Positions 38,455 through 47,576 of a DNA stretch of 64,000 nucleotides are shown piece by piece (the stretch's first letter is position 1; every line of letters starts with the position of its first letter). This DNA is from Vicinamibacterales bacterium (GTDB lineage: Bacteria > Acidobacteriota > Vicinamibacteria > Vicinamibacterales > JAMQPK01): positions 52,339 to 116,338 of the forward strand of contig CAVUTO010000001.1 of the NCBI GenBank assembly GCA_963744405.1. The letters are read 5' to 3'. Below the pieces are notes generated by a model. It searched no databases, had not been told where the DNA came from, and saw only the letters and a program-made list of their open reading frames with translations. The position numbers were made by a program, and so were the translations under genes.

Positions 38455-38822
38455 CTATATGACCGCTCTCTTGCTCCACGCGCTTACGCGACGAGCGTTT
38501 CCGTGCCGAGGCGTCCGGCGAGGTTGACCTAAAGCAATCTAGATACCGCGTTGCAGGACGTAATGCGGCTCTATAAATATCTGACGTGTCGCTACTTACA
38601 GATTTGCACTCTTTTTCTTCAACTCCGAGAAGTGTGCACCTTGCGTACGCCTTCGGAGCAAAGTCAGGTAAACATCACACAGTCAACTACTTAGGCGTGT
38701 GCGATTTCGGCACCCGACCACGAAGTTGGTGTCGTCCTCGTAACTGTCTGATTGATCAAACTTTATCTGCGCTGGCCTGCGTGCGATGTGCCGAAACGAC
38801 ACACGACACGACGAATGCGAAA

Positions 38823-39194
38823 TTAGCGTCGCCGGTTGAGAGCCCCGCGGATTTCGGCAAGCAGCGGACCGAAATCGGCAGCCTTCTTCACGAAGGCGTC
38901 CGGTTGCGGGTGTCGGACGATGTGATCGGGATCGTGCGGGTCGCCGGATGTAAGCATGATCACCGGCACCGCCTCGGTTGCCGGGTCGGCTCGAAGCGCG
39001 TGCAGGAACGAAAACCCATCCATGCCCGGCATGATGCTGTCGGTGACGATCACATCGGGCAGCGACTGGTGCACCTTCGCCAGGCCATCAGCGCCATTGA
39101 CGGCCGTGTCGACTTCGTACTTTTCGCTTTCGAGAATCATCCGCAGGAAGTGGACGATGGTCTCGCTATCGTCGACTATCAGCACTCGGCTCAT
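38823..39194 (-). CDS. Stand-alone CheY-like receiver-domain response regulator
   Basis: 123-aa ORF reading MSRVLIVDDSETIVHFL...DVIVTDSIMPGMDGFSFL...PVIMLTS...AFVKK. There is no output domain. Confidence 0.9.
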   Translation of the reverse strand: MSRVLIVDDSETIVHFLRMILESEKYEVDTAVNGADGLAKVHQSLPDVIVTDSIMPGMDGFSFLHALRADPATEAVPVIMLTSGDPHDPDHIVRHPQPDAFVKKAADFGPLLAEIRGALNRRR

Positions 39195-39469
39195 GAAGGT
39201 GCGGGATTATAGCGGCTGGGTGGTCGATGGTCTATGGTCTTCGGGGCGCCCCGACAGCGTCGCCGTCCGGGATCACCGGTGCCGCAAACAAGGGAAGCTC
39301 GGCGCGGCAAAACACGTCGCCGACGGTTGTTGTTCAATGCCATGGCGCTCGGACCAGGCTTGGTCCTCGCGGAGGTGGTCGCCTCCGTGTTTTGTCCACT
39401 GACGCCCTCGCGCCGCCTTCATTGTTTGCTGTACCGGCGCTCCCGGCCGGCGCCGCTGACCGCCCGCAT

Positions 39470-40312
39470 ACAGCGTGGGTCCCGCCGGGGAGACAGGCTT
39501 CCTGCAGCGAGCCATCGCGAGCGACGCGACACGCGGCGCAGCCGGAAACGCATCGGGAGGCGTGAGATCCGCATGGCGACGGCGAAGAAACGGACTCCTC
39601 GACCGTCGGCGACACCGCGCCGGGAGATGCCCTCCGCGGGAAACGCCACGCGTGGCGTTTCCAGCGCACTTAGCGACCGAACGCACGCAGTGTCCGCCGG
39701 GCAGACAGGCTTCCTGAAGCGCGCCATCGCGAGCGACGCGACGCGCGGCGCAGCCGGAAACGCATCGGGAGGCGTGCGATCCGCGTGGCGACGACGAAGA
39801 AACGGACTCCTCGACCGTCGGCGACACCTCGCCGGGAGATGCCCTCCGCGGGAAACGCCACGCGTGGCGTTTCCATGCGCACTTAGCGACCGAACGCGCG
39901 CAGTGTCCGCCGGGGAGACAGGCTTCCTGAAGCGAGCCATCGCGAGCGACGCGAATCACTGCGTAGCCGGAAACGCATCGGGAGGCGTGGGATCCGCGTG
40001 GCGACGGCGAGCAACGGACTCTTCGACCGGCGGCGACACCTCGCCGGGAGATGCGTTTCCCGCGTCGTCGAGCTGGCTCACGGAAGGAAGCCTGTCTCAC
40101 GGTGGAACGTGCGCCTCGATGCGCTAAGTGCGAAGCGGAGCCTCTCCCGCGTCGTCGAGCTGGCTCACGGAAGGAAGCATGTCTCCCCGGTTGGAAACGT
40201 GCGCCTCGACGCGCTAAGTGCGAAGCGGAGCCTCTCCCGCGTCGTCTAGCTGGTTCGCGGAAGGAAGTGTGTCTCCCCGGGTGGAAGAGGATCGGGCGCG
40301 CTAGTGCGAGGC
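39470..40312. repeat. Composite repeat array: about 2.8 direct copies of a 212-213-bp unit, then 3 copies of an 87-90-bp unit that is the inverted homolog of part of the long unit
   Basis: The word gacaggcttcctg recurs at 39492, 39704 and 39917. Each full long unit holds the perfect 24-bp palindrome ggaaacgccacgcgtggcgtttcc (39639-39662, 39851-39874). Short units start with cgcgtcgtc at 40061, 40148 and 40238. They contain ggaagcctgtctc and gcgctaagtgcg, the reverse complements of gagacaggcttcc and cgcacttagcg in the long units. Confidence 0.9.
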
Positions 40313-40320
40313 TTTCACCA

Positions 40321-41136
40321 TCAGTGCGTCATCGCGTAGAGGAGGATGTTGATCCCGATCGCGTAGCCTTCGACCGAGAACCTGTAGAAGAACTCGGGAT
40401 CGTCGGCTTCGCGCTCGTACGCATCGCCGAAGTCGGTGTTGTGCGTCGTCAGCACGACGATGCGGCTGTTCGCATCGACCAGCGCATAGGCGTGCGGCAC
40501 CCTGCTGTCTTCCCACTGCTCTGACGTCTGCCCGCCCGAACCGCGGAAAAAGCCGATGTTAGGGATTTGCGGTATGCGTTTCGCCTCGAACAACGTGCGG
40601 AAAATCGAGTGAGTGATCGGCAGATCGACAAGCGGGTATTCGGCTGCCGGGAGGATCTTGCGAAGCTCGTCGAGCCAGTGATCCCAGGCATAACTTCCCC
40701 ACGCATCGTCGGCCCACAGGAACCCGCCCTTCATCAAGTACGCGCGAAGCGCCTCGACTTCGTCTGGCGCGAAGAAGGCGCGGCCGTGATTGGTGACCAT
40801 CAGGAACGGACACTTGAACAACTCAGGCTCGATCGCTTGAATGACGACGTAGTTCGGCGTGCCCTGCTTGTCGAAATTGACCGCGGCTTCGGACAGCTCG
40901 GAGAGCCGAATCGACAGATTCTCGTCGGCACGCGGGTAGTCGACGCCCCACCCTCCGCCATATCCGCCGAACCCTGAGCGGAACGCCAGCCGGCAGAACG
41001 TGAAGTCCCCTTTGAATGTGTCGGCGGCTGGCCGGCGCACGCCGTAGTAGCCGCCGCCGCCTCGCTGGGCGTACGCAGCTGTCGACACGACGACGAGTGC
41101 CGCCACCATCAGCCGGCTGCCGTGCTTGAAAAACAT
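40321..41136 (-). CDS. DUF4159-like exported protein
   Basis: 271-aa ORF with signal peptide MFFKHGSRLMVAALVVVSTAAYA. It carries FTFCRLAFRSG..WGVDYPRADENLSIRLSEL and PFLMVTNHGRAFFAPDEVEALRAYLMKGGFLWADDAWG, as I remember the family. Confidence 0.65.
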   Translation of the reverse strand: MFFKHGSRLMVAALVVVSTAAYAQRGGGGYYGVRRPAADTFKGDFTFCRLAFRSGFGGYGGGWGVDYPRADENLSIRLSELSEAAVNFDKQGTPNYVVIQAIEPELFKCPFLMVTNHGRAFFAPDEVEALRAYLMKGGFLWADDAWGSYAWDHWLDELRKILPAAEYPLVDLPITHSIFRTLFEAKRIPQIPNIGFFRGSGGQTSEQWEDSRVPHAYALVDANSRIVVLTTHNTDFGDAYEREADDPEFFYRFSVEGYAIGINILLYAMTH

Positions 41137-41222
41137 AACGAGGCAGTTATTCTACCGGAGCTCAGCGAAGTTTGGCGTAACGCATTAGCGCGCGCACGCG
41201 TCCTCTGGTAAATTCTCCGGCC

Positions 41223-42898
41223 ATGAGAGCTCTGGCGATCGCCTCATCCCTGTTCGTCGCACTGTCGGTTGTCGGATGCCGGCCGGCGCCTGCCGAACAG
41301 CCGCCGGCGCCGACGACGACCGCGCCCCCTGCAGCCGCCCCACAACCGCCGCTCACCTTCGGCGCAGCATCATCACCCCATCCGTACGTCGAACGCCGAG
41401 GCGCAAAAGATGTTCGATCAGGGGATGGCGCAGGCTTTCGGCTTCAACCACGAGGCCGCGATCCGATCGTTCGAGCGCGCAGCCGAACTGGATCCGTCGG
41501 CACCGATGCCGCACTGGGGTAAGGCGTGGGCGCTCGGCCCGAACTACAACCTCGATATCGACGAAGCTCGCGCGAAAACGGCGTACGACGCGCTCGCGAA
41601 AGCGCAGTCGCTTGCCGCCACCGGAGCCGACAACGAGAAGGCATACGTCGAGGCTCTGGCCGTGCGCTACTCCACCGATGCGAAAGCCGATCGCGCCGCG
41701 CTCGCGCGCGCGTTCAGCCAGGCGATGGGCGATCTGTCGCGCCGGTATCCGGACGATCTCGATGCCGCCGTGATCTACGCAGAAAGCCTGATGAACCTGA
41801 CGCCGTGGAAGCTCTGGACGCCGGACGGCACAACCGGCGGCGAACACCGAGGACATCGTCACCGTGCTGGAATCGGTGCTGCTGCGCAGTCCGAATCACC
41901 TCGGCGCGAATCATTACTACATACACGCGGTCGAGGCTTCGCGCACGCCGGCGCGCGCGCTGGCAAGCGCACAGCGCCTGACCACGCTCGCAGAATCGTC
42001 GGGGCATCTGGCTCCATATGCCCGCGCACATTTACGCGCGCACGGGCGACCATGCAGGCGCCGCGGCGGCGAATGCGGCGGGCGCGGCAGCCGATCGCCG
42101 CTACCTGGTCACGCGCGCCGCCGAACGGGATGTACGGAATGATGTACTACCCGCACAACCTGCAGTTTCTCGCCGACTCGCACATGATGCAGGGACGATT
42201 CGCCGACGCGAAGCAAGCTGCCGATCGCGTGGCGGAGCACTTGAATCCGCACGCGGCGATGATGCCGATGGTGGAATCGGTGGTCGTCATGCCGGTGTCG
42301 GTCCTTCTGCGGTTTTCGAAACACGCCGACGTTCTCGGACTGCAGACTCCGCCCGCAGACCGACCCGTGCAGCGCGCCTGGCATCACTTCGCGCGTGGAA
42401 CGGCACTCGCCAAAACCGGCAGAGTGGATGAAGCCGCGGCGGAGAGAAAGCTGCTTGCGACGGCGATTGCGGCCGTTCCTGAAACCGCCGCATTCGGCGG
42501 AGGCGGGTGGGCGACGGCAGCAAGCGCGCTCAGCGTCGCCTCGCTCTCGCTCGACGCGCGTATCGCCGCAGCGCGCGCAGAGCACGATCGGGCGATCAAG
42601 TTCATGGCAGCAGGCGGTCGCGGCGGCCGATCAGCTTCCGTATGACGAGCCACCCGTGTGGTTCTATCCGGTGCGCGAGTCGCTGGGCGCCGCTCTGCTC
42701 TCCGCAGGGCGCGCGGCGGACGCGGAGCGTGTCTTCCGCGACGATCTCGTCAGGCACCCACGTAACGCCCGCTCGCTGTTCGGGCTGAGGACGGCTCTGA
42801 AGGCGCAAGGCAAGGAGGCGGATGCGGCCTGGGTGCAGCGCGAATTCGACGAGGCGTGGAAGAACGCGGATACGAAACTGACGCTCGACGATTTCTGA
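41223..42898 (+). pseudogene. TPR-like lipoprotein, about 5 frameshifts as assembled
   Basis: The lipoprotein signal is MRALAIASSLFVALSVVGC. The sensible text hops frames: NAEAQKMFDQGMAQAFGFNHEAAIRSFERAAELDP...; LESVLLRSPNHLGANHYYIHAVEAS; HMPAHIYARTGDHAGAAAAN; GMYGMMYYPHNLQFLADSHMMQGRF...; ADQLPYDEPPVWFYPVRESLGAALL...TKLTLDDF, with the stop at 42898. Confidence 0.6.
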
Positions 42899-42968
42899 GT
42901 TCACCGCAGACGGCGCAACGATTTCTTAGAGATAGTTCTTGGCGTCGTCGCGTCGTGGCGGTGAGACA
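42899..42968. repeat. REP-like palindromic element, family copy 5
   Basis: gttcaccgcagacggcgcaacgatttc - ttagagatag - ttcttggcgtcgtcgcgtcgtggcggtgagac. It lies between convergent stops at 42898 (+) and 42973 (-). Confidence 0.8.
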
Positions 42969-42972
42969 GCCA

Positions 42973-44402
42973 TCACAGGTACAGCCACGCAAGACCGAGA
43001 AACAGAAAGAACCCCATCGAGTCGGTGATGAACGTCAGCAGGACGCTCGATCCCTGGGCGGGATCGCGGCCCATGCGATGCAGCGTGAAGGGAACCAGCA
43101 CGCCGACGGCTGCCGCAATCATCAAATTCAGGATGATCGCCGCCATCATCACCGCGCCCAGGGCAAGTCGCCGGTAGAACAGGCCGGCAGTGATTCCAGC
43201 CAGGCTGCCCCAGATGAGCCCGTTCAACAGGCTCACCACCATCTCCTTGCGCAGCAAGTGGCGCCGCGTGTCGTCGGTCAGCTGCTCGAACGCAAATCCG
43301 CGAATCACGAGGGCTACGGTCTGGTTGCCGGTGTTGCCCCCGATGCTCGCGACGATCGGCATCAAGGTGGCGAGCGACACGAGATCCTGAATGGTGGATT
43401 CGAAGAACCCGATGAAGCGCGTGGCGGCGAATGCGGTCATCAGATTCACGAACAGCCAGGGCGACCGGTTGCGCGCCGACTGCCAGACGGACGCGAACAT
43501 GTCCTCGGCGCCGCGAAGGCCGGCCATCGCGAGCGCGTCTTTGTCGGCCGTCACGCGAATGAAGTCGACGACTGCATCGACCGTGAGTCGCCCGACGAGC
43601 TTGCCGCGATCGTTGACGACCGGCAGCGAGACGAGATCGTACCGCTCGAACGCGCGCGCGGCGTTGGCCGCCATGTCGGTGGGCCGGAAGGCCAGAGGGT
43701 CGCGCTCCATGATGCTGTCGACCGACATCTCCGGGTGCGCGACGACGAGCGACTGAAGACTGAGGGCGCCGCGCAGCAGGTTCCGGCCGTCGACGACGAA
43801 CAGGCGATCGAGATGGTCCGGCAGCTCCGCCCTCGCCTGCAGATCGCGCAGCACTTCAGCGATCGTCTGCGTTTCGCGCACGGTCGCCACGTCGAGGCTC
43901 ATCAGGCGTCCGACCGATTGCGGCGGATAGGCATCAGCCTGCTGTAGAAGCGTGCGATCGACCTCGCCAAGCGATTCGCGCACCTGCCGCATGACGTCTT
44001 CGGGCAGGTCATCCGAGATCCACGCCAGATCGTCGGGATCGAGCGCCTCGGCGATTTTGATTAGGCGGTGGTTCGGCGTTTCGCCGATCAGCCACGCCCG
44101 CACCGACTGCATCGAGCTCGACGATGGCTTCGGCTGCCTGCCGCGGCTCGAGGGCCGTCCAAATCCGCAGCCGGTCCTCGGGCTCGAGCCCTTCCAGCAC
44201 GAAACCCAGGTCGGCGGGATGGAGCCCTCGCACCCTGCGCTGCAGGTCGGCGGCATTCTGCCGCTGCTGCAGCTGGACGGCTACCCCCGCTGCGAGCGAT
44301 CCTGGCTTTCTGCGAGCGCCTCGAGCGTGCGGTGGTGCTCGAGCAGGTCAGTAATCTCGAGAAACGTCTGATGAAGGTCGTTCGCTGGTCTTCGTTCTGC
44401 AT
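42973..44402 (-). pseudogene. mgtE: Magnesium transporter MgtE, about 3 frameshifts in the N-terminal region
   Basis: The 427-aa ORF 42973-44256 holds CBS pairs and a TM domain with IGGNTGNQ. N-domain text is in other frames upstream: [39 protein letters not shown] (74-aa ORF frame) and [26 protein letters not shown] possible ATG is at 44402. Confidence 0.85.
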
Positions 44403-44440
44403 GTCACACCAAATTTACACAAGACACTGTCAATCAATGG

Positions 44441-46507
44441 ATGCACTTCATGACCGACGGCCCCGATCTCTCGGATCCCTCGCTGTACATCAACAGAGAG
44501 CTCAGCTGGCTCGCGTTCAACGAGCGCGTGCTGGCTCAGGCCAAGTCCGACGCCCATCCCCTGCTCGAGCGGGTGAAGTTTCTGGCGATCGCCGCCAACA
44601 ATCTCGACGAGTTCTTCATGGTGCGCGTCGCCACGCTCGCGCGCCAGCGCCGCGCGGGTTACGAGATGGCCGCGCCCGACGGCCTCACCGCCGGGCAGTG
44701 CCTGACGATGGTGCAGGACGAGAGCCGAGGAGATGCTGCGCGAAATCGCCGACTGCTGGGACAACACGCTCGCGCCGATGCTGCGCGACGAAGAGATCAC
44801 TATCGTCGAGCCGCCGGACTACACCCCGCAGGTGCAGCAATTCCTCGAAGAGTATTTCAGCCAGAGCGTCTGTCCCGGTCCTGACGCCTCTTGCGTTCGA
44901 CCCTGGCCATCCGTTCCCGTACATCTCGAACCGCAGCAAGAATTTCGCGGTCGTCGTCAAGGGCGACGGCCGCACGCGGTTCGCGCGCGTGAAAGTGCCC
45001 GACGTCCTTCCGCGATTCGTGCGCGGTGCCGCCGCTGCTGGCGGGTAGGCGCGGTCTCACGTTCGCGCTGCTCGAGGACGTGATCCGGCTGAACCTCGGC
45101 CAGCTCTTCCCCGGCATCGAGGTCGTCGATGCGCACCTCTTTCGGGTGATTCGCGAAACCGACATCGTCCTGCAGGAGGAGGAGGCCGTCGATCTGCTCG
45201 AATCGGTCGACCAGGGGCTTCGCGAGATTCGGCACGGCCCGCCGTCGCTGCTGCAGGTCGATGCGGAGATGCCGGCGCGTGTGCTCGATATCCTGATCGA
45301 GAACTTCGAGATCGAGCGCGAGGTCGTCCTGCGATCGCCCGCCAGGCTGGGCTTCGCCGACTGGATGGCGCTGACCAGCGTCGAGCGCCCGAAGCTGAAA
45401 GACACGCCGTTCGTGTCGCGCACGATCTGGCACCGCCAGGATGCGGACGGCATCTTCGAGCACATCAAATACCGCGACACGCTGCTCCATCATCCGTTCG
45501 ACTCGTTTGCGACGTTCGAGGCGTTTCTCGACGCAGCGGTAGACGACGCGCACGTCGTCGCCATCAAGATGACGCTCTATCGCGTCGGCAACAAGTCGCC
45601 CCTCGTAGAACGGCTGATGGCCGCCGCCGAGGCCGGCAAACAGGTGGCCGTGCTCGTCGAGCTCAAGGCGAGGTTCGACGAGCGGAGCAACATCGGATGG
45701 GCGTCGCGGCTTGAAGAGGCCGGCGTACACGTCGTGTACGGGCTCATGAACCTGAAAACGCATTGCAAGCTGTGCCTGGTCATCCGTAAGGAAGGCGATG
45801 CGATTCAGCGATACGTGCACATCGGCACCGGCAACTACAATCGCGCCACCGCGCAGGTGTACACCGATTTCGGCTTGTTCACCGCCAATCCGCGGATCGC
45901 CGCCGACGCGTCCGAGCTTTTCAACTATCTCACCGGCTATTCGAAGCAGACCACACTATCGCGAGCTGATTGTGGCTCCGGTCGCGCTTCGCGAGCGGCT
46001 GACGGCGCTGATCGAGCGCGAAGCCGAGCACCAGCGCGCCGGCCGGCCGGCGGGCATCATCATCAAGAACAACGCGATTTCCGATCCCGGCATCATCCAG
46101 GTGCTGTACCGCGCGTCGCGCGCAGGCGTGCCGGTGCGCGCGATCGCGCGCGGAATCTGCTGCCTTCGACCGGGTATCGCTGGAGTGAGCGACACCATAC
46201 ACGTCCGCTCCATCGTCGGCCGCTTCCTCGAACATTCGCGCGTCTACTACTTCGAGAACGGCGGAACGCCGGTCGTCTACCTCGGCAGCGCCGATCTTGA
46301 TGGAGCGCAACCTCGATCGGCGCGTCGAAACGCTCTGCCCGGTGCTCGATCCCGACATCGCGCGCTTCATCCGCGAGCACGATTCTCGAGGCCTATCTCT
46401 TCGACACCGAGCGCGCCAGCGTGCTGAGAGCCGACGGCTCGTACGAGTCGCCGGCAGCTGGTGCCGCCTCGGTGGACGCTCAGCAACTTCTCGCATCGCG
46501 CGCCTGA
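44441..46507 (+). pseudogene. ppk1: Polyphosphate kinase 1, about 6 frameshifts as assembled
   Basis: The N-terminus is [49 protein letters not shown]. Later text in shifting frames reads [70 protein letters not shown] and MERNLDRRVE. The stop is at 46505-46507. Confidence 0.9.
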
Positions 46508-46526
46508 GAATCTGTTCCATCGTCTG

Positions 46527-47509
46527 ATGCCGCGCCGCAGAAAAAGTGAGATTCTCCTTCTCGTCCTCGCGTTTGCGGCTGCCGCCGCAGCGCAATCACC
46601 CGCCGGTTTCGAACCTGGCCGCCGGGTGCTGCTCGACGCGCACAACGCGTATCCGTATCAAGGGCGCTGGAACGACCGCATCGAGCGCGCTCTCGCCACA
46701 GGCGCTGCCACTTGCCATCGAACAGGACCTCGTGTGGCGTCCTGCGAGCAGCCGCGACGCCCGCGCATTCGATCGTGTCGCATGGCGAGCCCTTCACCGG
46801 CGACGAGCCGACGCTGCGTGATTTCTTCGAGCGCATCCGCCCGATCGTGGCGCAGGCGCTGAGCTCCGGAGCTCGCGAGCAGTGGCCGCTCATCACACTG
46901 AACCTCGATTTCAAGGACAGCCATCCGCAGCATTTCGCCGAAATCTGGAGTCTGCTGGGTGAATACGAGGCATGGCTGACGACCGCGACGCGGACGAACT
47001 GACGCCGAGCGCGTCGAGCCGCTTCGCGTCGGTCCATCCTCGTGTTGACCGGTTCGGATTCTGCGCAGCAAGCCGCTTTCACCATGCCGTGCCGGCGGGA
47101 GCCAGGCTGCGCGCTCTTCGGCGCTGTTCTTCCGCCTCCGCGCCTGGTGGTGCGACGGTGGACAGCCCGCCGTCGCGCCCCAGCCACGAACTATCGCCGC
47201 TGGTCGAACAACCCGTGGAACGTGTCGAGCCTGAAGGGCCAGAACAAGGCCGGGGAATGGACGGCAGCAGACGCCGACTAGATTGCGTCTGCGGGTGCGA
47301 GGCGGCGCATCGACGCCGGATTGTGGATTCGCTTCTACACGCTGAACGGCCATTCGCCCGAACACGGCGAGCGCATGGGATGGACGCCGGGCTACAACTT
47401 CAAGTCGCTCGACGCCGCGCGCATCCGGTGGCGCGCCGCAATCGCCGACGGCGTCGATTTCGTGGCGACCGATCAGTACGAAGAGTACGCGAAGATTTCA
47501 TCCCGCTGA
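46527..47509 (+). pseudogene. Exported PI-PLC/glycerophosphodiester-phosphodiesterase-like protein, at least 5 frameshifts
   Basis: The signal peptide is MPRRRKSEILLLVLAFAAAAAAQ. Fragments in different frames read LLDAHNAYPYQGRWNDRIERALATG, PLAIEQDLVW, PLITLNLDFKDSHPQHFAEIWSLLGEYEAWL and WIRFYTLNGHSPE...DFVATDQYEEY. The family call is from memory. Confidence 0.5.
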
Positions 47510-47576
47510 GTCACTGCCGTTACGCCTCCGTTGCGCCGGCTGTCTAGGATTGCCGCGACTGTACGGAGGTATCGAC

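Noticed and set aside
38586-39212. 208-aa plus-strand ORF
   Set aside because: Its 3' two-thirds is antisense to the well-supported response-regulator gene. Its 5' part lies in the AT-rich spacer without RBS or family signal.
39470-40063. Diversity-generating retroelement template/variable repeats
   Set aside because: Differences between the copies involve all base types rather than adenine-specific changes. No reverse transcriptase or target gene is nearby, and the copies are not inside a credible ORF.
39234-40127. 297-aa plus-strand ORF and the 275-aa minus-strand ORF (39273-40100) as protein genes
   Set aside because: Both are translations of the repeat array: internally repetitive, extremely Arg/Ala/Gly-rich, on opposite strands over the same DNA, with no start context.
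39470-40312. CRISPR array
   Set aside because: The whole 212-bp and 87-90-bp units repeat, with no unique spacers between short repeats. The unit lengths are far outside CRISPR repeat/spacer sizes, and no cas genes are in the window.
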